The translations under genes were made by a program, and so were the position numbers. From the NCBI RefSeq assembly GCF_006345805.1, contig NC_043004.1, positions 49,724,001 to 49,788,000 of the forward strand: a stretch of DNA of 64,000 nt. Reading direction: 5' to 3'. Below, piece by piece: positions 13,030-24,808 of this stretch. Under the pieces are notes generated by a model that was not told the DNA's origin, did no database searches, and was given only the letters and a program-made list of their open reading frames with translations. The stretch is from Octopus sinensis (taxonomy: Eukaryota). Position 1 is the stretch's first letter; each line of letters opens with the position of its first letter.

Positions 13030-13500
13030 TTTCAAATTTTGGCACAACGCCAGCAATCTCATGGGTAGGGGCGAGGTGAGGTAAGTCAATGCCATCGACC
13101 CCAGTGCTCGACTGGTACTTATTTTATCGACTCCGTAAGAATGAAAGGCAAAGTCGATCTCGGCGGAATTCGAACAGAATGTAAGGCCTGGCATGTTAAC
13201 GATTCTGCCAGCTCGCTGCTTGAGACAACATAAATATAAGTTTTAAACTTTGGCACATTATTTTATCAAACTCAAATAGAGGAAAGGCAAAGTCAACCCC
13301 GGCAAAGTCGACCCCGGCAAAGTCGACCCCGGCGGTATTTAAATTTAAGGCGGCGAACTGGCAGAATCGTTAGCACGTTACGTATTGGGGTCGATGTAAT
13401 CGACTTAATACCCATGTCTGTCCTTGTTTGTCCCGTCTATGTTTAGCCCCTTGTGGGTAATAAAGAAATAGGTATTTAAATTCAGGACATAAAGCCAAAT
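13030..13500. mobile_element. Cluster of family A SINE copies in both orientations with a 15-bp triplication
   Basis: Minus copy 13030-13225; (ggcaaagtc[a/g]acccc)x3 at about 13286-13330; plus copy 13348-13500 ending aaagaaataggtattt. Confidence 0.8.
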
Positions 13501-13869
13501 GAAATTCCGCAAAGCACGGTATCGATTCTGCCGGCTCGCAGAACCCAAAATGTAAAAGAGCCAACCAGATCACATACTTGAAAACATGTTTTTCCTGTTA
13601 CTCTAACGGTCCTACTAGCTTAGGTGCAAGGTCTGAAAATTTAAGCAGGAGAATTTCGAATATATAGGCTCTAGTACTTGAGTTTTATTTTATTGACCTT
13701 GCGAGGGTCAAATACTTAGTTGATCTCGGCATTTGAACTCAGAACGTATTAGATAACTCTAAAAGTGTAATATATTGGTGAACTGTGAGGTGATATAAAA
13801 GTCTAACGCTTTGATTTTGTCTCTTCAAAATTCAGTAATAGCTATTGAAATGCTGTCTCGAGTCCTAGG

Positions 13870-14090
13870 GTTCATAGGGCCCGCTGCATGGTTTCCATGG
13901 TGTATAACTAACCGACATCATACTGTTCCTCCTGACAGAATGCCGGTCCATGGCAGGGTTACTCAGTTACAGCTACGGGGACTGCAGCAATGTGAAATGA
14001 AGCGTTTTGCTCAAGAGCACAAAGGCCTGGAAACGAAACCATATTTTTGTGAATGCAGAATTCCCAACCACTAGGCCACGCGCCTTCTCA
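13870..14090 (-). mobile_element. tRNA-derived SINE (family C)
   Basis: Reverse complement gcgcgtggcctagtggtt..cttgagcaaaacgcttcatttcacattgc..gctgtaactgagtaaccctgcc; homologous to 59835-60220. Confidence 0.75.
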
Positions 14091-14159
14091 ATAGACGTTA
14101 TGATTTATCCACTTCAGTATTACTTAATCAACTATTTTGAAAATATTTTGTAAATCATT

Positions 14160-14370
14160 AAGGTGGTGAGCTGGCAGAATCGTTAGCACGCCGGGCAAGA
14201 TGTTTAACGACATTTCGTCCGTCTTCATGTTCTGAGTTCAAATTCCTCTGAGATTGGATTTGCTTTACATGCTTTCGAGATCAATAAAATAAGATCCAGC
14301 TGGACGCTGGGGTCGATGTAATCGACTTACCCTATATCCCAAAGCTACTTGCCTCGTGTCAAAATTTGAA
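14160..14370 (+). mobile_element. tRNA-derived SINE (family A)
   Basis: aaggtggtgagctggcagaatcgttagcacgccgggc head, box B gttctgagttcaaattc, ctggggtcgatgtaatcgac. Confidence 0.85.
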
Positions 14371-14699
14371 ATCAATGTTATGTAAATCCTTTAAATACGT
14401 CGTTTCTTTCATTCTTTACTCACGACGTATCCAGGTTCAAAATTACCATAAATTTTCTCTTCCTCAAACTCTTTTTATATTTTTGTTTGTCCTGTGTATA
14501 ACATGTGATACACAAGACATATTTCCATGCCGGCCATGCGTCATACGTGATACACTTTAGCAAATTATTTCAACGACATGAGTTACTGGGGACCAATGAA
14601 AGACCGGCTTTATATTACTCAGAACCTATGAAACAAAGGATGACTAAAAGTCTGAAAACAAACATGAACGTTTAGGACAAAGTTATGAAAATGGTGTGG

Positions 14700-15308
14700 C
14701 AAAACAAAGGGTGACGAGCAAGCAAACCAGTGGAGATTGTGGCTTGTTGATTTTTCTTGTTGTCACTTAAAGCATGCGGAACCCATGCTCCATACTTCTG
14801 AACCTTTTCTATCGAGTGAAGATGCTTCTCTATAGTACTGTGGGAGCATTCTATTTTCTCTGCCAGTTCCCTTGTCTTTTGACGAGAATTTTCGTGCAAA
14901 AGTTGGTTTAATCGCTCCTCATTGAAATCAACTGGACAGCCTGAACGAGGTGGATCTATGAGGTCAAAATTTTTGAACTTGGCATACCAACCACAAGCGG
15001 TTCTTTCAGCTATGGCACCCTCTACATAGACAGCAGAAATGTCGCGAGCAGCTTTTGCAGCCTTAGAACCTTGATTAAAAGCAAAAAGAAGGAGGTGTCG
15101 AAGATGCTCATTTTTCTTAACTTGACATTCCAATTTAATGATCTGAAAATAAATAAAAATTAACAAAAATTGAATAGAAAAAATAGAAACAAGATAGATT
15201 CCAAAATGATTCAAAAATAGAATTCTCGAAAAAAATAGATTCGAAAATTTAAAAACGCAATAAATTCCAAAATTTAAAAGAACGGCGGGAACTTAGTTGC
15301 CAACCCAA
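14700..15308 (-). mobile_element. Mariner (Mos1/Hsmar-like) transposon, 5' half
   Basis: ORF 14672-15214 contains HLRHLLLFAFNQG..KAARDI..W..KFKNFDL.D.PRSG.P..HL..I.KVQKYGAWVPHAL. The mariner TIR TTGGGTTGGCAACTAAGTTCCCGCCG ends at 15308, followed by TA. Confidence 0.9.
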
Positions 15309-15314
15309 TACAAT

Positions 15315-16445
15315 TTCCTGTGAGTATTTTGAATTTTCCTCAAAATAAGTTAAGAAACTTACATATCTACAATTTTCGAACACATAAACGATCAGCTTAA
15401 AAACCTTTAATATCTACAACTTTTGTGAATACTTATCCTTTCCTTTCTCCCTGAGTTTTCGAAAATGTAAGCATCCTCTTTATTCCAAGAACACTATAGA
15501 TGTCTCTGTTCGGACAGACAAAAGATCATCTCCAGTAAATTTTAAAACCTTAATATCTACAATTTTCTGTGAAAATTTTAACTTTTACCTTCCTTTTCTT
15601 TCCTTTCTTTCTCCCTGAGTATTCGAAAATGTAATCATCTGTTTTATTGCAAAAGCACTGCAGTCTTCTCCGAAGGGACATACAAATGAACATCTCAAAA
15701 AAATTTAGAAACTTTAATAGCTCCAACTTCGTGTGAACATTTTATCTTTCCCTTTTCCCTGACTACCCGAATATGTAAGCATGCCTTTTATTGTAACAAT
15801 TAAATGCACGAAAAAAGTTGAGGTAAGCACCTGCCAATATATACATACTGCACAACTACAAAAACTGTAAACCACAGGAAAACTTTTAAAAAGAAAAGAA
15901 AAATTCCAAAAGAAAAAGAAATTCAGAAATTAAAAAATTCAATAAGGTGGACATCTCTTCCTCCTACTATTCCCAAAGACTGGAATATCTACACTTTCCT
16001 GTGAATATTCTAAATCTCCCTACAGCTTTCGAACACACAAAAGATCAGCTTTAAAAAAAAATAAAAGGCTTTAATATATCTAGAACTCCTGTGAATACCT
16101 ATCCTTTCCTTTCTCCCTGAGTATTCGAAAATGTAAGCATCCTCCTTTTTATTCTAAGAACACTGCAATTTCTCTCTGTGCTGTCATACAAAAGACCATA
16201 TTTATTAAATCTTAAAACTTTACTATCTACAACTTTCTGTGAAAATATTACCATCGTCTTCTTTTTTTCTTTTTATCTCTCCCTGAGTATTCGTAAATGT
16301 AAACATCCTTTTCATTGCAAACATATTACTATATTTTCCAACTGGACAGACAAACGAACATCTCAAACTTTTATATACTAAATTTTGTATGAAACTTACC
16401 CCTGGCTACCCAAATATGTAATCATACCTTTTATTGCATCAACAC
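15315..16445. repeat. Diverged higher-order tandem repeat (about 150-170 bp subunits, two blocks)
   Basis: The motif tatctacaa..tgtgaa..ctttctccctgagtattcgaaaatgtaa.catc..ttttatt recurs about six times, in two blocks (15315-15810 and 15975-16445). Confidence 0.75.
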
Positions 16446-16574
16446 AATTGAATTCAGAAATTCAATAATCCAACGAAGGGAATATTAGTATATATATGTA
16501 TATATATATATATTATTGTTTTTTCTATCAGTAATTACAAATAGAACAAGCTGAATTACTTTTTTTCAAGGCCA

Positions 16575-17940
16575 AGGGCAGCGCTCACAGTGGTCGCTGG
16601 TAGTAGTAAAAAGGTTGATCGATGTAAACTGAACCAAGAAACGAAAAATGTCAATGAAATTCTAAAATATATCAGAACAAAGAACATCACTGAAACAAAT
16701 AATTTGGTCAAGGCAGCAAGTATTGTTGTAGCAGAAAACGTGGGTGTTGATGTCAAGAAAAAGGAACATAATGGGAGTGATAAAAGAAAAGATATATGGT
16801 GGAAAAGAAGAATACAAGCAGGGTTAGATATGCCCTCGAAGGAAATTTCTGTGTTAGACCGAAAAGAGAAGGCGAACAAAAATACAGGGCGCTGAAAAGG
16901 AAGTATAATATTGAAAGAAAGGGCTTGAAAGTGGTAATGGAGGAACTGAAATGGCGCCTCGTTGCAAAGAAAGCAAAGATGGTAAGATACGACCAAAGAA
17001 TGAAGGGTTACCAGCAGAATAGGTTATTCAGAGTAGATCAGAAGAGATTCTATAAAGAAATAAATGGAGAGTGCACAGATGAAAAGTTGATATCAATGAA
17101 AAGTTGATAACAATGAAAGCCAAAGGTTTTTGGATTGACATCTGGAGCAAATACAAGGAGCACAAGAAAGATGGTGAATGGTTGCAAGAACTGAAACAAA
17201 CAGTAGTCTGTCCAAAACAGGCAGAACTAGTCATTCCAGTTATTCCAGCTATTATTAGAAGTAAGAAGGTCAGGCTTGTGTAGGATGAAAGATTGCACTG
17301 TACAAGCAATTGAAAACGAATGAAACTGAAAATAAATGGGTAAAGAAAATAATTCATGGAAAATTTCATAGGGATGCTGAAGATAAGGTAGATAGAGAAA
17401 AAAGATGGCTGTCGACTAAAAGTGATTTTAAACCGGAAACGGAGGTTCTAATCTGTGCTGTCCACGAACAAGTACTAAGAAGAAACTACATAAAATACAG
17501 AATAAACATCACATCAGAAAGTAATAAGTGCTGAATCTGAGGACAAAATGGTGAAACCGTATGGCATATTACCAGCCAATGTACGCCACTAGCCCAGAAG
17601 GAACATAAGAGACGCCACGACGATATAGCCAGGCTTGTCCATTGGACACTCTACAACAAGTATGGACTTGAGAGAGCAAAAGATTGGTGCAACCACAAAC
17701 CCGAAGGCATCATCGAAAATAAAAATGCAAAGATCCTATGGCATTTTATGATTCAGTGTGACCATGAGATAGGGAATGGGAAGCCAGGCATAGTCTTATT
17801 TGAGAAAGAAAACAAACTACGCTGGATAATAGATATAGCATGCCCAGCAGACAACAAAGTATCGGATAAGGAAGAAAGAAAAGTCGATAGATATGACAGG
17901 TTAGCTTGGGAAGTTAAGAGAAGTAGATGGAACAAATAGG
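16575..17940 (+). pseudogene. R4/Dong-type (RLE) non-LTR retrotransposon remnant with internal deletion
   Basis: IWWKRRI and YQQNRLFRVDQKRFYKEING are N-terminal motifs. The later KPETEVLICAVHEQVLRRNY..KC..ETVWHITSQC..KRRHDDIARLVHW and IIDIACPADN are the CCHC knuckle and restriction-like endonuclease. Confidence 0.88.
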
Positions 17941-17944
17941 GTTT

Positions 17945-18515
17945 GCAATGAGGGTGGAGCAGGTCTACATTTAGAAAGGTACTATCCACTCTTGTCATTT
18001 TCAAAACGTTCACTCACCTTTCAATACACTCACTCAAGGACAGCACCCCCTTCTTCACTCTCAATTTCCTTACTAAGTGAAACTTGAAAAAGTCAATGAG
18101 ATCTCAACCAATGAGGAATGTATCTGTCTTCATGCCTTTCATCCTTATCCACCAAACAATCTCTTTCATCACAGCCACCAGGCAAATGAAAACTGTCTTG
18201 CCAGCTCGATTGAAAGAGGGTGGCCTTGCGATCATCACTACAGATCCTATTGCCACCGGTGGCGGGTTGTGAGCGCCTGACGATATTCTAGGTGCCAGGC
18301 ACCCAGTCTCGGTCTTCTCTTCACCCAGGACTGCAGCTTCATCAAGGTAACGAGCTGCGGAAAGACGGGCTTCACAAATGGAACCCACGCACTCTCACCA
18401 TCTAGAAATCGTTGCAGGTGACGTAATATGAAAGCGTGTCTGCGCATTAGGAGTCACGGCATACCTAATCTGCCACTCAGAGGATGCTGGCAGCAGACTG
18501 ACCGCCTGACCATTG
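17945..18515 (-). pseudogene. Tx1/L1-clade ORF2 C-terminal fragment
   Basis: RRHAFILRHLQRFLDGE..WVPFVKPVFPQLVTL and FICLVAVMKEIVWWIRMKG are homologous to 19845-20720 and 23090-23570. Confidence 0.8.
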
Positions 18516-18544
18516 GAACAACAACAACAATAAATAAATAAAAT

Positions 18545-19511
18545 GATTGTAGAGAATTGTCGGGGCAAAAAGAAACTGAGGATTACATAGGGGGACTACA
18601 AGAAAGCGTTTGATAGTGTCTCACCTATCTGGCTACGCAAGGCCCTTGAGATATACAAGATCTCTCCTGTCGTTTCCAAATACTTACAAGGTAGCATGGC
18701 CTAGTGGAACACACGTCTTTTTCTAAACCAAAGTAATGGGAAGAGCCAATCCAACAACATCACCATCAAACAAGGCATCTTTCAAGGTGACTCCCTCTCC
18801 TCATTAATCTTTTGCATGGTATTGATTCCACTCTTAAACGAACTGAATAACACCAGGTATGGGTACAAAATCCATATGTTTTATATGGATAATCTGAAGT
18901 TGTTTGCTAGAAATGACCAAGAGCTTGTTGGGCTGCTAACAATTGTTAAAGAGTTTAGCAATGACATCGGAATGGATTTTAGTCAAGAAAAGTATGGACA
19001 TCTACAAGCAGACGTTGATCGTCTGTATCTACCTTGAAGTAATGGGAAAAGAGGAATGATGCAGTTAGATCTCCACAATAGCAATGAAAAAGTACTTCTC
19101 TAATACACAGGACTAGATGCTGTGGCTTCTGTGCAAACATGAAAGCAGCAAAGGTCACATTTTATTGTCAAGGAAGCTTGTAAATTCGCAAGGAAACTTG
19201 GCATTAACCCTTAATTGGATGTAGAATCTGAAACCACTTTCTGGACCCTAAAAACAGAAACAATTCCTATCATAGTAGACACATTAGGTTTGATAAAAAA
19301 AACAGTCAGACAAATACATAGCAAAAACATCAGGACTTACAAGTATATATAACACACAGAAATTAGCACTACTAGGCACCGCATACACCCTACGTAAAAC
19401 ACTTTCAATACAGTGAAAATAAGAGCACCACAACAAACCACAGCACATACCCGAAACACAGAGAGTTGCCCTCGGTAGTGCAGTGAAAGCACGTAATAAA
19501 AATAAGACTTT

Positions 19512-19581
<70 letters not shown>

Positions 19582-19582
19582 G
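18545..19582 (+). pseudogene. R4/Dong-type RT core plus 3' end with (AAT)n tail
   Basis: DYKKAFDSVS..WL, GIFQGDSLS and FYMDNLKLFARN (YMDD-type motif); the 3' region ends in a long (AAT)n tract at about 19513-19582. Confidence 0.85.
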
Positions 19583-19709
19583 GATATCTGTCTGAGGTCC
19601 TTGTTGTGACTTGACAGATGACTAAAGACTCCGGTGTGTTTTTACCTACAATGTATATATAACATACAGAAATTAGCACTACTAGGCACCGCATACACCC
19701 TACGAAGGA

Positions 19710-19845
19710 ATAATAATGGAAGGTAATGCCAGGTGCGTTGGCAGGTGAACTGTATAGATACCTGGAAAACAGTGGGCTGCTTATTATTGAACAGAAAGAG
19801 TGCCGAAAGAGGAGCCGGAGAACGAAGGATCAGCTCTTAATTGAT
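19710..19845 (+). pseudogene. R4/Dong-type RT fragment
   Basis: [37 protein letters not shown] matches the RT domain 2-2a motif (EQKGC...GTKDQLLID). Confidence 0.75.
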
Positions 19846-21108
19846 AATCTCCCCGGTAGCACTGCCAGGCCAGAGATTTTTGGAAATTACCCATCGCCCC
19901 CGGCCTGAAAGTTCTCCGGAAAAGAGCGACTAGTTGATCTTCGACACCGAAGATCTCCCCAAGAACGTTGTTGCATTTGTCCTCCACTAATCTTCTATAA
20001 AAAGCTAAAGTGGATATTCCACCTACCGCACTGTCCGATTGGCTGAGGGGTGTGAGCGCTCAAAGACATACCGTTTTCCAAATGCTCCCCCAGGACTGCA
20101 GCTCTGTTAAAGAAACTTGCTGCAGAAATACATGTCTGGTAAACGGCGACCACACCTGTTTACCGTCAAAGAAGCCCTGGAAATGTCGTAGTATCAGTGC
20201 ATGTCTGCACACGATAAACCACGGCATGCTCAGGTCACCACGCAGCGAGTATTAACAGCAGATAGACCGCCTGACCATCGGGACGCGTCCCTTCCACAAG
20301 AAGCGGAAGAGTATACGCTCCAGCGTAATCAGACAGTGGCCAGGACAAGGCACGACGGTCAAGCGATAGTAGATGACAGATGCGATATACACATTAGCCA
20401 CCTTCGCCCGACCTTTCGGGGATAGCTTTCTCTCGGCCCATTTCTAGGTGAGAGTAGGCACCCTGCTTGTTACCTCGTCCCAGTTTTTGTCCATCGGGAG
20501 GTCCGGACCAAACCAGACCCCGAGCAATTTAACTGGTCCGTCCGTCCAGCGCCTAGTGACGCAGTTGGATGGCATGGACTTGCTTCTTCAGGTGCCGAAC
20601 CGCAAGCCCACTGATTTTTACTGGTTAACTGTCGCTCCTGAAACCGCTTTGTAGTCTTTGAGGTGGGTACTGATCATTTCTACGTGTTTATAATCCGACA
20701 CCACTACCAAGGTCACGCGGGATGCCTCTCAACGCCTTCATTTAGTGTTGATGGCTTGCACTGCTCTCTCACTCAAATGCCCTGATGCAGTACTAGACAG
20801 TGGCTCTGATGGCTTCTGATCTTAACTGGTTGGAAGTGTTATCATGTACTTTGTTTTGTCTTGGTATAAAAGATGGGCTACAGCAAATATTCTGCTCAGT
20901 ATCACAGATTTGCTTGTCAGTTGTTTGACCTTAACCAGGTACGTACAAGAGAGACAAGAGGGGACAACCTTGCCGGACCGAGTGCATGATGTTGTACGGC
21001 TCTGAGAGGTAACCGTTGACTCTGACCGCTGAACATGTCACTGTGCATTGTAGCGATCCAGCATCTGAAAACAGGCTCGAAACCAGCTGCCTTGAGGACC
21101 ACCACCAA
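19845..21108 (-). pseudogene. Tx1/L1-clade ORF2 RT/thumb fragment interrupted by another repeat (20722-20940)
   Basis: VLKAAGFEPVFRCWIA..VRQGCP at 20940-21108, then WTDGPVKLLGVWFGPDL..KWAERKLSPKGRAKVANVYIASVIYYRLTVVPCP..LFRFLWKG at 20720-20250. Confidence 0.85.
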
Positions 21109-22535
21109 GTAATAACAATAAGAAGAAATGTATGTAATGCATTTTCTGTCTACTGATTTATTTTACTTTAGGTGCGCGTGCGCGTGTGTGTGCGTGTGTC
21201 CGTGCGTGTGTGTACGTGTGAACGCGTATTCGTTTGTGCGCGTGCATATGTGTGCATGTGCGTGTGTATGTGCGTGTGTGTGTCTGTGTTTGCATGCGCG
21301 TGTGCGTATGTAAATGTTTAAACCATCATTTTGCGCACTCATACATTTGCGTTAGCTTGCCTAATTGGGTTTGTGTATGCTGTATGTGCGTTTTGGGGTG
21401 TATGTCTATAATAGCATATAAGTCTCTGTTATGTATGTATGTATGTATGTATGTATGTATGTATGTATGTATGTATGTATGTATACGTGAATTAACTTTG
21501 TGTGTGTGTGTGTGTGTGTGCGTGCCTGTATAACTTCCCGCACATAAATATGTACGGGCAGATATTTAAAAATAATGATAAAAGAATTCATTGAACATTG
21601 TCCGATCTGTCGACTGTCATTTTAGTAAAGACTTATGAGTTGCTTACAAAATGGCTTCTATAACATCGTTCCTCTCTTCCACTTTCACATTTTTCTTCAT
21701 CTTGAATGAAATCATATTACACACAGGCATTTTTAACGGCAGTTCTTTACTCTGGCCCTAAAAACGTCCTCCCTACTTGGCCTTACCAATGTACATTTTA
21801 CTAAAGACTTCACTAAACAAATCATCATATCAATGTGTTTTTCCCCCCACCAGAAGAGAAGAAAACGAGTAACTAGCGCTGGCCGACCAACCAACCAACC
21901 AACGAACAAACCAGTCAGCGAGACAATCAGCCGACTACGACAAATCATCTCAATGTTGACAGCAACCGTGCGTCAATCCCCTCATTAGTCTTACTAAATA
22001 CAAATCCTGTCGCGATCCATTATTGTGACGGGCATGGGTCACTGGTCACAGTCTTAACTACGAAGCAGCGTTCAGGAGACATTTATCATATAATTTACTG
22101 GTATATTGCTATATTACACGGTTGGAGTTCTATGGATGGACTTAAGTGTAATAATTTACCGCAGACATGTGTTTAAACAACCTACCACTAATAAAACCAC
22201 GCGCGGTCCACCTACTGTATCACACCACGCCGTCGTTCTGTTGTTTTTGTCTTAAATATTGTATTTTAAATATTATATTTTATGTAAATAATCCTAATTG
22301 ATTGTTCCAAGTGAGGTGTAGGCTAGAATTAACACTTAGGTCGAGACTGAATCTTTGGGATAATTCGCCTGAATTATTCATTTCATTTTAAAGCGAGAGC
22401 TAAGTTTGGTCAAATTGGTTTAATAGATGTCAAGGAAAGTAAATATATGTGTTCACATTAATCAAATGTTGCAAAACGATGCGTTTGATAGTTGATGATG
22501 GCAATTAACGATGTTTGCAATGACGACGGCTATAT

Positions 22536-22638
<103 letters not shown>

Positions 22639-22689
22639 CCCCCTGAAGTGTTATCATGTACATGTTTTATCTTAGTATAAAAGAAGGGC

Positions 22690-23085
22690 AGTTCTTTCCC
22701 TTTTGACCTACAGATTTAAAAAATAATTTTTTGTAACTAAACAGTTTCAAACTTCGGACACTGGTAGAATGTGTCATATAAACATCTTTTACTCTCAGTA
22801 TTTTTGAGAAAAAAACTTATATTTACGAATTTATTTCACGTTAAAGTAGTCGTATTTGGGTAATTTCAACCAATCAATGACGTGTATTCAGCTGAATAAA
22901 ATTACTGCCGTTGTTTGTCAACAACAACTATCGCCGGTGTATTTTTCGTTTGTCACTGTTATTTATGACATCGTTCGTGCATTTGTATTGGTTTTAGCTT
23001 TAAGGTTTTAGGGTTGGGGTTAAAGTTTTAGGGTTAGCGTTAGGGTTTTAGGGTTAGAGTTTTAGGGTTAGGGTTAGGGTTAGGT
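22690..23085 (+). mobile_element. One arm of a long-TIR non-autonomous DNA element ending in a degenerate (TTAGGG)n array
   Basis: taactaaacagtttcaaacttcggacactggt..gggtaatttcaaccaatcaatgacgtg matches arms at 33745, 51787-52205 and 63630; TTAGGG-like repeats at about 23005-23085. Confidence 0.7.
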
Positions 23086-23089
23086 AGTG

Positions 23090-23810
23090 CTACAGAGTTG
23101 TACTGCCAGTTCGGGATAAACTTTACAAGCACGGAAGTGCCGTCAGCCGGGCCAGCCCGACGTGCGCGCAGATCGACGAAACTGTTCTGCACGCCCTCGT
23201 CCACTGCCCAAGCATTGCTGGCCTGTGGATTTATATCGAACACCTGCTGTCGCGTGTGGGACGGTTCCGGCTATCAGCTAAATCCACAGTGAAGATTGCC
23301 CCGCCGCCCTCCTTTGGTCGGGAGGGGCAGGCAAATTTTATTTGTCTGGTGGCTGCAGCGAAAGAGGTAGTATGGTGGACTCGTTTGAAAGGGTTAAAAT
23401 CAGACACTTTTCTCTTTGGCCAAGCCCTCATCAACTTCTTGAAGTTTCACTTGAAGAGGAAAGTGAGAGTGGAGAGGGAAGTGTTGCTTTGTAGCAAGCT
23501 TGTTGAAAGATGGGTGAATGTTGGAAGAATGGTCAGTGTGAAAGGACCAATTCTGAGCATGAACCTGTGAAAAATTAAAGGAGAAGGGCTCTTGCCCTGT
23601 TGGTCAGGAACCCGTGGCTTTTGTGGGGTCTTCCACAAAGACCTTTAAAGTGCCTCCTCTATTGGGAGTTTTACGTTGTTTAATTGTTCTTGTTATTTAT
23701 TGTTTACACGCTGAAAACCCTTTGTCTTGTCATGTGTTGTCCTTCATGTTGTTGCATGTTCTTTAATGTTGTTTTATGTAATCCCTTGTGGCTAACAAAA
23801 GAATTTATCA
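23090..23810 (+). mobile_element. 5'-truncated Tx1/L1-clade 3' end (ORF2 C-terminus plus T-rich 3' UTR)
   Basis: ORF 23256-23570 FICLVAAAKEVVWWTRLKGLKSDTFL..FHLKRKVRVER..ERWVNV, stop at 23570, followed by a T-rich UTR. Confidence 0.8.
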
Positions 23811-24314
23811 TGATTGTTATCGTCATTATTATTATTCATGGTGTGCGTGAATATTTTACATTCAGAATCAATGCCCTGGATACTGGGCCACAAGCAGTTT
23901 CTTTAGATATCGCGGACCTTTCTTATAATTCTTGTTGTTCCTAACTTTGTCTTTCATCTCTTTGGAGTCGATGAAATAAGTACCAGTTGAGCACTGGGGT
24001 CGATATAATCAACTAAACCCTTCCCACAAAAACTGTTGGCCTTGTGCTAAAATTTGATGGAATTATTAAGGTGGTGAAGAGCAGCGGGGTAGCAAAATCG
24101 TTAGCACGTCGGACAAAATGTTTAGCGGCATTTCTTCCAGCTCATTACGTTCCGAGTTCAAATTCCACCGAGATCAACCTTACCTTTCATCTTTTCGGAA
24201 TTGATAGATTAAGTACCATCAGTTACTGGTGGCGATGTAATCGACCAGCCTCCTCCTCCAAAAATTCAGGACTCTTACCTCTTCTAGAAAGGATTATTAT
24301 TATTATTATTATTG

Positions 24315-24763
24315 AGTGAGAGAGCAGTTCATGCCATCAAAGTGACACTGGGGTAAAATATACGAAGCCCAATATACTCATCATGACTACCTGATAAAGG
24401 TACACCAGGCACATGCATCACAACCATATGTGCGCGACATGGTGATCTCATATCAAGATAAACAGCACATGACCTTGCAGGTGGGGCCTAGTTAGAATTT
24501 TCTTCAGGTTGAGTAGCCCATCCCGCTCAAACGGTTCCTGAATAAGGGTTGTTTAAGAATGTTGAAAGAACCACCCATGTTTCCAGAGGTGAACTATTCA
24601 AACTCCAAAGAATCCCTCTCAACACATGGCTATGATGCTCCCCCACTACTTCTGCTCGTGATCAGAGATGCACATATCGTCAGCCACTAAGGGACATGCT
24701 CAACTGGTTAAGGTCAAACAACTGACAAGCAAATCTGTGGTACTGAGCAGAATATTTGCTGTA

Positions 24764-24765
<2 letters not shown>
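24315..24765. mobile_element. Unclassified interspersed repeat
   Basis: Its end (ggttaaggtcaaacaactgacaagcaaatctgtggtactgagcagaatatttgctgt) is the reverse complement of 20878-20937; it is bounded by (ATT)n tracts. Confidence 0.6.

Positions 24766-24808
<43 letters not shown>

Noticed and set aside
15315-16445. CRISPR-like repeat-spacer array
   Set aside because: The units are long, diverged along their whole length, lack unique spacers, and sit in a eukaryotic context with no cas genes.
23005-23100. Telomere-specific targeting by the adjacent Tx1 copy, or a chromosome-fusion scar
   Set aside because: No TTAGGG occurs at the Tx1 3' flank and there is no head-to-head CCCTAA array; the repeat belongs to the TIR element.
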